Shown one piece after another: positions 12,265 to 24,353 of a stretch of DNA of 64,000 bases. Below the pieces are notes generated by a model. It had not been told where the DNA came from. It made no database searches and saw nothing but the letters and a program-made list of their open reading frames with translations. Source of the stretch: Oopsacas minuta (taxonomy: Eukaryota > Animalia > Porifera). Position 1 is the first letter of the stretch. Each line of letters opens with the position of its first letter. A program made the translations under genes and the position numbers. The stretch spans positions 124,001 to 188,000 of the forward strand of contig JAKMXF010000334.1 in assembly GCA_024704765.1 (NCBI GenBank). The letters are read 5' to 3'.

Positions 12265-13992
12265 CATATATCAATAAGAATACAAGAGCACCCAAAGGGT
12301 GTCACCCGCAACACGTAGTGTTCGCGAGCCACGCAGCGCAAGAAACCGAACCCTACGTCTATCAAATAGTTACGCAGTCTACTGTACTGTAAAATTTGGA
12401 AATATATCGAGCAAATGTTTTACTAACTTCATGATTCGAACATGTAAAAAAGAGCAAATTTATATTATTTCAGAACAGCCGCAAATCTAGAATAATTATT
12501 AGAGCTAAAAGCAAGCGAAACTAAGGTGCGATGTACCAATACTCTAGGCGTGTATTTTTACTGCTTGCTGTTTATGAGGCGAAGCTATCTGGCAAGTTAT
12601 GTAGCTGTTGAAACTTGAGTTTGAACTGTAAAGCTTAGTTGATAGTATAATTAAGTTTGCATGTATTTGTCTATGTGCGTGTAGGGCTTGAACGTGCGAA
12701 AGATAGCTCTCAATGCTTGAGTGGATGAAGCGTAAAATTACATACAGAGTAGTTAAAACTATTTTAGATCAAGGTAAAATGGGCTCGCACCTCGGAATTG
12801 AGAGCTCACCCACCATCCTACTAGAGGACGTTAACTTTTACAACAGAGTTTAGTTGACTGAAAAAATAATTGTATCTGGACAGTATATATATCTGATTTT
12901 GAAATAAATGTTATGGGTTATTTATATTTAGTTGCGTATAGGATTACTTGATATTTTCATGAGTTGATCATCTAACACAATGTATACACATGTATGACCT
13001 GTAGCTCAACTTGATATCTGATATATAACTATGTAAATTTTTCCGTGTGGCCTCCACAGCCAACATAATAAAATAGTTAGAGCCAAAAATTTGGACATGC
13101 TCTCCTTGAGTGTGCACATAATATGTGTGAAATCGTGGAACACGAATCACCCAATTCACACTGGCCAAACTTCTGTCTGGCGTCTAGTTCATTTTATAAC
13201 ATTTAGTTTCAACTATCTGCCTTAGTTCATGTTTTGGTACTGTTGTAAAAATTAGCGGTATTAAATAATTCTACCCGCATGCGAATCCAGTTATTCTGCA
13301 TGCGGGTTAGAGTGATCCACATGAGCCATTTATTATGTAAATCCAGATGCGGAATCAAAGAGATATTAAATATGTAATTCCAGTGTAAATCACCAAAATG
13401 CCAGATAATATGTCCACCCAAAGTTTATACCAAACAGCCAGGGCCTAAATCTATGAACTTTGTTTGATGATCTGGCACACCTATAGCCTGGCATCCATGT
13501 GTTGGAAACCATAGGACATTGTTCCCCTTAGAATTACATTTGACATCTGGTATCTCAAACCAGCTCATTTAGTCAATGGGATGTCTTCAAACCTAATTGA
13601 CATACCCTTCACAGTCAGAATTAGAAATTATCTTTTCTAGAAAAAAGTTAATTCATTAATAATTATCACCAAGGTTGCCCACTTGCAACCAAATACTTAG
13701 TTCAAAATTTGTTTGTATACCAAATAGTTCTACTTCTACGTATATTAGGTTGGCTCCAGAATAACAGTTTTCGATATTCGTTTAGCAACCAAATACATGT
13801 TTCCACAATCCTTTCTATTCCGGCAACTCCGTTTATTCAGTACCTAGTTACAATAAAGGATTGCAGTGTTCAAAATAATATATGCAGTGTAATTTGATAG
13901 CTACCATGGAATTACCTGTAACTAATGCTAAATACATACTCGCTAAGAATACACAGCAATCTGAATATACAAAATAATGAGAATATAGCTAA

Positions 13993-15957
13993 ATGGCTAC
14001 TGAAATTCCATATGATGACGAGGAATTGGATCCTTTAATTAATTCCATAGAAAATCTACTGATTAGAACTGCGAGAGAAGATCCGATTCCATTCAAAAAG
14101 AATACTTTTAGACCTTTCATATTTTTCGGACAAAGAATTCCCAAACTACACAGACCAGGTCTCTATCTACATCTTATTATTGTTTGTTTACAATACTTTT
14201 TCTTTATAAACACTCAGGTAATTATAGACTTAGCTCTAGAAAAGAATTTCAAATATGTATTTCAAAACGATTTCTCTAAACCACTCCTTTCTTCTGCTTC
14301 GTATCTACTCATTCCGTTTATCGTATATTTCTGTGATCGTCAAATGATTCGTAGATATAATCTCGTACTTTCTTCGATATTTATGGCTTTCGTCGCAAGC
14401 TGTATTCTTCTGATTTTGCTGTTACTCAAAATTGAAGAAGACAACTTAGATAATATTATTACAGGTTATGAGCATTCACAAGTTTCTGATATCAAATATT
14501 TCATACAGTATATTGGGTACATTTTCTGTGTGCTGAGTTACATAATGTTCTCGCTTAGTTATGCCCTTTCCTATCCGTTTACAATAACATTTGGACTGGA
14601 TATACTTCACGGAACACAATACGAGACAATATTACTATATTTCCCGTTATTTTACATATCGAAGGAAGTAGGCACTTCTTTCGCTTATCTTGTATACGTT
14701 AGAATAGTGAAGGAGGATCCATATTATCATTGTACACTTACAACTTTCGTTATCTTAATCGCATTGATACTGACATTATTTGGGAGGGTATTTGGATATT
14801 TTCAAGACTCTGCTATTGTTCCAAACAATTTCTCATTCAGTAAAGGTTTCAGAATACTTTTCACAGCTTTTAAACTCAAATTCTTTCACAGAAAAAAAGC
14901 AGAATTTCATTCACTAATGTTACACACAGCCAGAAAACGAGAATATGATGATCCCCACTCATTAGTTGATAAAACTCTAGCAATGATCAAAATTAATTTC
15001 ACTCTTATACTCTTGATGCCATTGCTTGGTTCTTATCAAATTCTTTACCAACTATTCCCCAAACAAGCCTACTTTCTGAGCTTTATACCATTTCCAATCA
15101 TTTTCAATTCTAATAATGATTACTACTGTGGGAATACCAATTTCTTCCTTTCTTATTGGTTCATTAATCCTCTTACTATAGTCATTGTAGGACCATTTAT
15201 CGAATATTTCTTTAACGATATCATATTTGATAAATTCAGGCCTGGATTGCCATGCTGGATCAACTGTATTTCCCTCAGAATTGCCTTCATCAGGAAGAAT
15301 GTAGCATACCAGTTTCGTCAAAGATTGTATAAATATTTTTCATTGGTTGATCCTATTCTGAAACGAGTTTTCTGGGGACTACCATTTGGCTTACTCAGTG
15401 CAATCTGTGCTCTTACAGTTGAAGTTTTCCGTATCAAATATGATATAGAATTGAAATGTAAAGGTGATACATACTCTCCTGCATCTATCATACCTCTAAT
15501 TAGTCAAATCCCTCAGTACTTTTTCTCTGGAATTCTTGAAGCAATCTCTGCAATAGGTCTACTACAATACATCTATCATCTCTGTAGTAATCAGTTCCAT
15601 AGCTCAATGAAAGGGTTCTTTTTCTCATTATTCTACTTCTATTATGGTGTAGCTGGTGTTATATCGAATATTTTCAATTTTACTTTCGATCAACTCTGTT
15701 ACAATCATTGTAACACAAATATTGTTCCAGAAAATGGATTTGCACCAATTTCTACTAATACTACTGATAGCTGGTGTTTGGTGGATAACACAGATTGTAA
15801 AACTTCTATACTTCCAAATGCTTGGGTGATTTGGGTGATAGTAATAGTTTTGTACTTATTCATGATTCCAATGTTCTACATATTCTCGCATCGAAATCAT
15901 TGGGAGAAGATAAGAGAAGAGAGAATGTTTTCAGAAGTGAGCCTTGAAACAGCTTGA
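13993..15957 (+). CDS. Divergent SLC15/POT (PTR2)-family MFS transporter, intronless, 654 aa (copy A)
   Basis: About 12 hydrophobic segments. QIPQYFFSGILEAISAIGLLQYIY...SSMKGFFFSLF matches the SLC15 TM10-11 signature; FINPLTIVIVGP and LKRVFWGLPFGLLSAICALTVE match SLC15 TM8-9. Confidence 0.8.
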   Translation: MATEIPYDDEELDPLINSIENLLIRTAREDPIPFKKNTFRPFIFFGQRIPKLHRPGLYLHLIIVCLQYFFFINTQVIIDLALEKNFKYVFQNDFSKPLLSSASYLLIPFIVYFCDRQMIRRYNLVLSSIFMAFVASCILLILLLLKIEEDNLDNIITGYEHSQVSDIKYFIQYIGYIFCVLSYIMFSLSYALSYPFTITFGLDILHGTQYETILLYFPLFYISKEVGTSFAYLVYVRIVKEDPYYHCTLTTFVILIALILTLFGRVFGYFQDSAIVPNNFSFSKGFRILFTAFKLKFFHRKKAEFHSLMLHTARKREYDDPHSLVDKTLAMIKINFTLILLMPLLGSYQILYQLFPKQAYFLSFIPFPIIFNSNNDYYCGNTNFFLSYWFINPLTIVIVGPFIEYFFNDIIFDKFRPGLPCWINCISLRIAFIRKNVAYQFRQRLYKYFSLVDPILKRVFWGLPFGLLSAICALTVEVFRIKYDIELKCKGDTYSPASIIPLISQIPQYFFSGILEAISAIGLLQYIYHLCSNQFHSSMKGFFFSLFYFYYGVAGVISNIFNFTFDQLCYNHCNTNIVPENGFAPISTNTTDSWCLVDNTDCKTSILPNAWVIWVIVIVLYLFMIPMFYIFSHRNHWEKIREERMFSEVSLETA

Positions 15958-16639
15958 CCTATAGAAATCTAAACTACTGTATACTTTATTTATTTTGTGT
16001 TTTTTCGTGGCCTAACTGCCTGCCGCTTTGTTCTTCTTCCCTATTTATATTTTGTTTTCCTTTTTGTTTATGAGTAATGTTCGTAAATTGTAAATTCGCC
16101 CATTCATGAAATTGTGAAGTAGATTGTACTTTCGATAATCCTTCAAAATCTGAATAATAAGCACAAATTTCCAGCTTCGTTCATGAAATGTCTTTTATTG
16201 GGAGAATGGCCTCAGTTTATACGTAATCAGGTAGGCCTTAGTGTATGGAAGGGGTTTATCCTGGAAATTCTGGCCTTCATTTTCTAACTTCGGCTCTCCA
16301 AATATAACATATAGAGACTAGGTTATGCCAGTTTGTAATACATTTGTGTATCATCCGTCTGATTCATGCTACAGTCAATATGCCTTTGTCCGTTTGTTTG
16401 TTCTTTTGTTGTTTATTTGTTTGTTAGTTTGTTAGTTAGTTAGTTAGTTTGTTTATTTGTTGTTTATTTGTTTTTTTGACCAGTATAGAATGAAATATAT
16501 TCATATATGTTAGTCAGCAACTTATGTCCTTTAATCAGTGATAAATTTTACTTGCATAATATTCAAAAGATTATTCATATTGTACATGAAAACGATGACG
16601 TAATAATGAACAGTAAATACATCGCAAAAAAGTGAAGTG

Positions 16640-17287
16640 TTAATAATATTGTGGCAAATTCATTTCCTGTTTAATTCTTTTCGGGTTTCTTTCATCTTCA
16701 CAAGCGTAATTGTAATTTTTCAGTCGTTTACCTTGAGACAGAACTCTATCATCAATATCCTCAATTTCCCCTCGAATATTTCTCAATTCTTTCTCGCAAA
16801 GTTGAATTTTATCATTCTGCTTACAAAATTCGTTAAAATCCATTTTATTTTCCTCGACAGATTTTAAGATTCCAAAAAGTTTGTCGACAATATTTCGATT
16901 TTTTCGCTCAAATTCCTTTTCATTTCCTTTAATTCTGTCTAATATAAATCGAATATTTCTCTCATTCTTCAGAATTCCAGATTTCTGCCCTGATATCTCC
17001 CTAATATCTTCATCACAAATCTCTACATATTCAATTACGTCACTAATCCTATTCACGACATTTATATATTTCGTATTTAATAGTCTATTCTGTCTTTCTA
17101 ATTCTGTAATTCTGGAACTTTGATCTTCAATTGTCGCGCTAATTAGGTCAATATGTTTGTGGAGATGTTCCTGTTTGTGTTGAGCAAGTTCCTTTCTATT
17201 CAATCCAAATATATCACAGCCAAATCTGACATAAGGACATCCCAGTCGAATTGCTCCATTTTCTGTGAACGAAACTATTCCACCCAT
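16640..17287 (-). CDS. TRAF-type zinc-finger remnant plus coiled coil, no MATH domain, 215 aa
   Basis: CPYVRFGC...RKELAQHKQEHLHKHIDL resembles the last zinc finger and linker of TRAF proteins; long heptad-rich region follows. Confidence 0.6.
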   Translation of the reverse strand: MGGIVSFTENGAIRLGCPYVRFGCDIFGLNRKELAQHKQEHLHKHIDLISATIEDQSSRITELERQNRLLNTKYINVVNRISDVIEYVEICDEDIREISGQKSGILKNERNIRFILDRIKGNEKEFERKNRNIVDKLFGILKSVEENKMDFNEFCKQNDKIQLCEKELRNIRGEIEDIDDRVLSQGKRLKNYNYACEDERNPKRIKQEMNLPQYY

Positions 17288-17882
17288 CAGGAAATTTGAT
17301 CATTCACTTTCTAATACATTTCCGCTAGCGCTCTCTTATAATATATTTAGTAGTGAAATACAGTAGTTACATTGAAATGGCGGGGCATACCATGTTAGTA
17401 ATAATCAGACCAAATAATATTAAGTCAGACAATTTCCCTTTTTGTAATTCTTCGGCGGGATTTGATATTCGACAAATGTCTTAAAAAGCTGAACAGTTGG
17501 CAACTATGTTAGTGTCTTGTATAAATTAAATTATATAATCGATCTGGTTAACTAATCCTCGGTAATCATTAATTAGGAAATTGGCTTTGGCCTACTTTCT
17601 TGAATATTTCTAGGGGATGGAAGCAGTGACATAGCTACAACCAGGAAGAGCAATGCCCTATTCCTTTTGCATAATTCTATAAACAATAAACCTTGAGAAA
17701 TGGTATAAAGAGCATGTATATTAAATTTCATGATTTACAAGATTTATAGTTCATATATTCATAATGTTTAAGATATTAAATCAAATTACTATCAAGAAAA
17801 CTATCTACAAATGTTCAACCCTGACAAATAGACTTACGTACATATCACTTAAATAACAGATTGAGAGATATTTAGTACTCTG

Positions 17883-19834
17883 TCACGATTCTTGCAAAAA
17901 CGTTCTTTCTTCTCTTATCTTCTCCCAATGATTTCGATGCGAGAATATGTAGAACATTGGAATCATGAATAAGTACAAAACTATTACTATCACCCAAATC
18001 ACCCAAGCATTTGGAAGTATAGAAGTTTTACAATCTGTGTTATCCACCAAACACCAGCTATCAATAGTATTAGTAGAAATTGGTGCAAATCCATTTTCTG
18101 GAACCAAATTTTTGTCGCAATGATTGGAACAAAGTTGATCGAAAGTAAAATTGAAAATATTCGATATAACACCAGCTACACCATAATAGAAGTAGAATAA
18201 TGAGAAAAAGAACCCTTTCATTGAGCTATGGAACTGATTACTACAGAGATGATAGATGTATTGTAGTAGACCTATTGCAGAGATTGCTTCAAGAATTCCA
18301 GAGAAAAAGTACTGAGGGATTTGACTAATTAGAGGTATGATAGATGCAGGAGAGTATGTATCACCTTTACATTTCAATTCTATATCATATTTGATACGGA
18401 AAACTTCAACTGTAAGAGCACAGATTGCACTGAGTAAGCCAAATGGTAGTCCCCAGAAAACTCGTTTCAGAATAGGATCAACCAATGAAAAATATTTATA
18501 CAATCTTTGACGAAACTGGTATGCTACATTCTTCCTGATGAAGGCAATTCTGAGGGAAATACAGTTGATCCAGCATGGCAATCCAGGCCTGAATTTATCA
18601 AATATGATATCGTTAAAGAAATATTCGATAAATGGTCCTACAATGACTATAGTAAGAGGATTAATGAACCAATAAGAAAAGAAGAAATTGGTATTCCGAC
18701 AGTAGTAATCATTATTAGAATTGAAAATGATTGGAAATGGTAGAAAGCTTAGAAAGTAGGCTTGTTTGGGGAATAGTTGGTAAAGAATTTGATAAGAACC
18801 AAGCAATGGTATCAAGAGTATAAGAGTGAAATTAATTTTGATCATTGCTAGAGTTTTATCAACTAATGAGTGGGGGTCATCATATTCTCGTTTTCTGGCT
18901 GTGTGTAACATTAGTGAATGAAATTCTGCTTTTTTTCTGTGAAAGAATTTGAGTTTAAAAGCTGTGAAAAGTATTCTGAAACCTTTACTGAATGAGAAAT
19001 TGTTTGGAACAATAGCGAGTCTTGAAAATATCCAAATACTCTCCCAAATAATGTCAGTATCAATGCGATTAAGATAACGAAAGTTGTAAGTGTACAATGA
19101 TAATATGGAACCTCCTCCACTATTCTAACGTATACAAGATAAGCGAAAGCAGCGCCTACGTTCTTCGATATGTAAAATAACGGGAAATATAGTAATAATG
19201 TCTCGTATTGTGTTCCGTGAAGTATATCCAGTCCAAATGTTATTGTAAACGGATAGGAAAGGGCATAACTAAGCGAGAACATTATGTAACTCAGCACACA
19301 GAAAATGTACCCAATATACTGTATGAAATATTTGATATCAGAAACTTGTGAATGCTCATAACCTGTAATAATATTATCTAAGTTGTCTTCTTCAATTTTG
19401 AGTAACAGCAAAATCAGAAGAATACAGCTTGCGACGAAAGCCATAAATATCGAAGAAAGTACGAGATTATATCTACGAATCATTTGACGATCACAGAAAT
19501 ATACGATAAACGGAATGAGTAGATACGAAACAGAAGAAAGGAGTGGTTTAGAGAAATCGTTTTGAAATACATATTTGAAATTCTTTTCTAGAGCTAAGTC
19601 TATAATTTCCTGAGTGTTTATAAAGAAAAAGTATTGTAAACAAACAATAATAAGATGTAGATAGAGACCTGGTCTGTGTAGTTTGGGAATTCTTTGTCCG
19701 AAAAATATGAAAGGTCTAAAAGTATTCTTTTTGAATGGAATCGGATCTTCTCTCGCAGTTCTAATCAGTAGATTTTCTATGGAATTAATTAAAGGATCCA
19801 ATTCCTCGTCATCATATGGAATTTCAGTAGCCAT
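17883..19834 (-). pseudogene. SLC15/POT-like copy B, inverted duplicate of copy A with a 1-bp deletion frameshift at 19016/19017
   Basis: The two ORF-track pieces (18911-19834 and 17883-19097) reassemble to a near-identical protein. Copy A reads GACTCTGCTATT, copy B GACTCGCTATT. Could also be an assembly error. Confidence 0.75.
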
Positions 19835-20696
19835 TTAGCTATATTACAAGCATATACTATTGTGCATTTTATGTCTTATTTGCTTTTATCAATTTCCAGT
19901 TAATTAATAAACTATCAAATTACTCAGGCCTAAAATGCTAGATTTTTACACTTATCCCGTGCCTTATAACATTGATTACAGCTGTTGAACTAAAGTTAAA
20001 TTCACCCTTGACAGGTGTGCCTTGATAAATGAGATGAAAAGAGTATTTGATAAAGGTTGAGAAACGAAAATTGACACATATATTGGAACTCAGTTGAGAC
20101 GTACAGCAAAATTAGTACGTATTCTGAGTGTACTTCTTATCTGAATATGGCTGTATTAAAATTTCAAGTAACCCAAGAAGGCTATAGAAAATTCTAGAAC
20201 TTATTATAGCTTCCCCTTAAGATACATTTGTATTGAAACTATCAAAAAGCAAGAAATAACAGAATTCTAGAACTTTCTTTATAGCCTAATTTTAATTTCA
20301 AGGGAATGCACTCAAAGTATATATTTCCAATACAGATGTCGTAGGGAATCCTGTTTCTCCGAGTGTTCCCATTGTGAGTATTGTCCCCCACCCGAACACT
20401 TTTCCCTAGGGAATAATGTTCGGGGGACAGGATTACCTCTGACACCGGACGCTCCTAAAAGCGAGCACCGTTTCCTTAGTTAGAAATTCAAACCTTGTGA
20501 CCACCAGCACTTTATCATGCACGAATTTTCCATAGCCCTACCAATGGTGTCATCATGGCTCCAAGGCTCTACCAATCCACATCCCTAGTCTACTTCCATG
20601 TAACTAATCTACCATTGACGGCATTTCCTCCATTTTCTCCATTTATAGTATATCCCATAATTATTATCAAATTTCCACTACTAACTAGCAGTCTGT

Positions 20697-21710
20697 ATGG
20701 CAAAATGGGATGAACGTGATCCTCGCTGGATTGTCGAGGAACGAGAGGATGCTAAGAACGTAAATAACTGGCATTGGACAGAGCGTGATGTCAGTGATTG
20801 GTCCAGGCTAAAACTAAAGACTCTATTCTCTCAGCTATCACTCGGCTCTCCAGACGAAACCGCAATCACGATCACAGAGGTAGACAAAATATCAGGCGAG
20901 GCTTCTATTAATAACAGAAAAGGCAAACTATTGTTTTTCTATGAATGGACCATCAAGTTACAATTCAAGGCAGAATCAGCTGACAAAGAAGTAACAGGTT
21001 ACGTCACACTTATTGGACTTTCTTTTGAGAATACAACTGATGAAATAGAACTTGAATTTGAGCGAAAAGAAGTTGAAATAGAAGATTTATTCAATGAGGC
21101 TAGAGAAATATTTATTCACAAAGAAAGACATAAATTGATTGAAATAGCAGAAAAGTACAAGGAATTACTCCGAACAGATGCAACAGCTGGTATGCAATAT
21201 ACTCCTAAATCTGATAATTCTATTTCTACACCTGAACTCAAGCCTAAAGTAAAATCAAATTCTGTACCTTCGAAGCAATCGCAGGTGTTACAACAGGAAA
21301 CGACTACGATAAATTTGAAGGAAAAGTTCCTCGCATCATCCCAGGATATCTATGAGTGTTTTACAGATGCTGGTAGGATAAATGCTTATACACAGAGACC
21401 TTGTCAACTAGATGTTAGAGTAGACGGGAATTTTTCCATGATGGATGGGATTATTAGTGGACGCTTTTGTAAGTTAATCGAAGGAGAATTGATTGAACAG
21501 GAGTGGAGAATGAGTGACTGGCCGCAGGATTCATTCTCTTATTTACAACTGAAATTGGAGAAGACGACAGAAGGTTGTAAACTATATTTGAAGCAAAATA
21601 ATGTTCCTTTCAAATCAGCTGAGCGGACCACACAAGGCTGGAAACAGCAAATATTTCAGAGAATCAGAATGACGTTTGGGTACGGCGTTAGTCCTAGTTT
21701 TTCATTATAG
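20697..21710 (+). CDS. AHSA1: Activator of Hsp90 ATPase 1, intronless, 337 aa
   Basis: MAKWDERDPRWIVEERED, NVNNWHW, NNRKGKLLFFYEW and a C-terminal START-like domain ending GWKQQIFQRIRMTFGYG. Confidence 0.97.
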   Translation: MAKWDERDPRWIVEEREDAKNVNNWHWTERDVSDWSRLKLKTLFSQLSLGSPDETAITITEVDKISGEASINNRKGKLLFFYEWTIKLQFKAESADKEVTGYVTLIGLSFENTTDEIELEFERKEVEIEDLFNEAREIFIHKERHKLIEIAEKYKELLRTDATAGMQYTPKSDNSISTPELKPKVKSNSVPSKQSQVLQQETTTINLKEKFLASSQDIYECFTDAGRINAYTQRPCQLDVRVDGNFSMMDGIISGRFCKLIEGELIEQEWRMSDWPQDSFSYLQLKLEKTTEGCKLYLKQNNVPFKSAERTTQGWKQQIFQRIRMTFGYGVSPSFSL

Positions 21711-22471
21711 TAATAACCACTAGATATACTGTAGTAGGAATTATGAACATCATATCAAGGACTTCAATATTGAGGTAGTCTATATTAAATCAATCTTGAT
21801 TTTGCTGTCTGTTTGTTGGATTGGATATATTTTAATTACAGTTAACCTCCGAGATCTGGTAACTCGAACCCTCAGGAGAAATCCGAATCTCTTCTGGATA
21901 AACGATGTTCGGGTTAACCGGCATTTGAGTAACCGGATGTTGACTGTATTTCAGTGGAACCTCCGAATAATGTACAAGTTAGGGGTAGACTTGTTGTCTT
22001 GTGGATAAAGGTTCCGCTTTTTGAATCCAGTGTTTGTGGTTTACCTGCAAAGATATCGCTTCTGCTGAATCTATATCGAACTGAAAATTTCTCATTTTTA
22101 TCTCAAAATTATACTGCTTGCCAACTGAATCTTGTATAATATACAAGAAGTAGTTGAAATAATACAGTGGTGGGCCTTGGGAGGAATTAGTCCCGGGTGT
22201 GAAAATTCGGGCCCGCCTAGCCCAAGATATGCCAGATCCTGGAACCGCAACTAAACAAAAATAGACATACCTTCCTGATTTCATGTTTGACACAAAATAA
22301 TTACCTCTTGATTAAGAATATTCGAAATCTATGATTTTTATCCCACTAAGCTACGTATTGTCTGTGTTTATTAAAGAGGTTCTATTAATCTACTGTAAAT
22401 TTCAATATTCGATCTTTTGAATTGTTGTATTGTAAACTTAGTAGAACATCTAGAAACTTAAGCTTAGCAAC

Positions 22472-24353
22472 ATGACAGTGGGAAAGAATCCAAGAGGTAG
22501 GGGGAAGGGTCTTAAGAAAAAGATTGCTGACCCTTTCGCAAGGAAGGACTGGTATGACGTCAAAGCTCCCGCCACATTTGAGGATAGAAGAATCGGTAAG
22601 ACACCTGTTAACAGATCCGCTGGCACGAAGCTGTCCAGCGATTCACTGAAGGGAAGAGTGTTTGAGGTATCTCTAGGTGATCTGTCTACTGCTAACAGTG
22701 AGAATGTGTTCAGGAAGTTTAAACTTATTTCTGAATATGTAAGTTTATCTATAGTCAGCTCCCGTTATATCTAATCTTAAGGGACCGCGAAAATTGCTTC
22801 GATATAAGCGGAGTTTGATATAACCAATGAAGTATGTGTTAGTTTGACTGTTTGGGACAATATTTGTACAATTTATGATTTGGTATATGTGGGTCTTTCA
22901 ACATATCCGTATAAGCAAGCCAGGTTTTAGTTTCACAGCTCTTGCAAAATTATTCAAATTTTTCCACGAAAAATTATCATTAATGAGCGGTGAAATAACC
23001 AATAACCAGTTTTCACATTGTCTTATAACAAATCTCTAGGTTGATGATAAGACAGTTCTAACCAACTTCCATGGCATGACTCTCACAAGCGATAAATTGA
23101 AATCCATGGTTAAAAAGAACCAAACAATGATAGAAGCATTTACAGACGTGAAGACTACAGACGGTTATACACTGAGATTATTCTGTATAGGATTTACTGA
23201 TAAACCAGAACATCAAGCAAAGAAGACTTGTTATGCTAAAACATCAAAATGTAGGGCTATTCGCAAGAAGATGGTTGAGATAATGACTAAAGAGGTTAGA
23301 TATTGCTGTAAATATTTATTAATTCTGTCGTTTTAGAAGGAACGGATCGTAAGGTCGATATCCGCTCACTTCCCGAATCTATTGTATTTCAAGTTAATAA
23401 TTATCATTATTACTAAATACATTATTGCTATGAGCATGATCATTACATACAAATACTCTACTTCGGTTTGGCGATTACAGTACGAGTCTCTTGACCAGAA
23501 ACAGAACCATACTAATAGTGCGTTAATCGGGTCAAAATGGCTTGGTCTCGATCTGACTCTCTTAAGTGGAGTCTTGTGTATTCCTAATTATTCATGCTTA
23601 CCGGACATGGAATCCCTAAACACAAATTTATTTCCTCATTTTTAGCAGTTACTCTATAATATTCGTATAATCTAGTCTATCTCGTGCGAGAATAATTGTC
23701 AATGAATATCTAACTCTGTCTCCAGGGATTTGATGGACAATGGTTGGCAGTATGACCTCGAGGATTAAGTATACTTTCCAGTCCCCCTGATTAGTTATGA
23801 TTTTCATGGTCCTTGGTCTGTATAAACTATAAATTCATAGGCGTAGCAGATGATCCGACAGGCCAGTCGCCGGGCCAAAACCTTTGACAAAACAAATCTC
23901 CCTTAGCAACCTTTTCTCACTACTACGCCCATGCAATTAATACATGATCATGGGGGAAGAGGTAACTTTCTAATTTGAATCATTTGAAATTATTCAAATC
24001 GTAAGTCGTGACCATGTCCAGTGAATAGTTTTTCCATTACAATAATAAAAAATTACTGTCTTCACAATAACTTATTGTATTCTGTATTATCCTTATAGAT
24101 TAGCAGTGTAGATCTTAAACAGGTGATCCACAAGCTAATACCTGACTCAATAGCTAGAGACATTACCAAAGCATGTGGTGCATTATTCCCTATGAAAGAT
24201 GTAGCTATACGAAAGGTTAAAGTATTGAAAAAGCCTAAATTGGATATTACAAAGTTGATGGATATGCACGGAGATTCTGGTAAAACAGGTGTCGTGTCAG
24301 GCGAGGCAATTACTCGGGAAAGCTACGAGCCTCCTGTGCAGGAGTCGGTGTAG
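22472..24353 (+). CDS. RPS3A: 40S ribosomal protein S3a/eS1, 258 aa; exons 22472-22738, 23040-23294, 24099-24353
   Basis: [79 protein letters not shown]; two GT-AG phase-0 introns. Confidence 0.99.

Noticed and set aside
20330-20650. Small minus-strand gene head-to-head with AHSA1
   Set aside because: Short frames need a 28-nt intron and part of the region is a degenerate inverted-repeat element; no homology recognised.
22739-24098. Intronic snoRNA in RPS3A (vertebrate RPS3A hosts U73)
   Set aside because: No convincing C box/D box pair with terminal stem or recognisable rRNA guide; the structured bits look like MITE fragments (one recurs near 62072).
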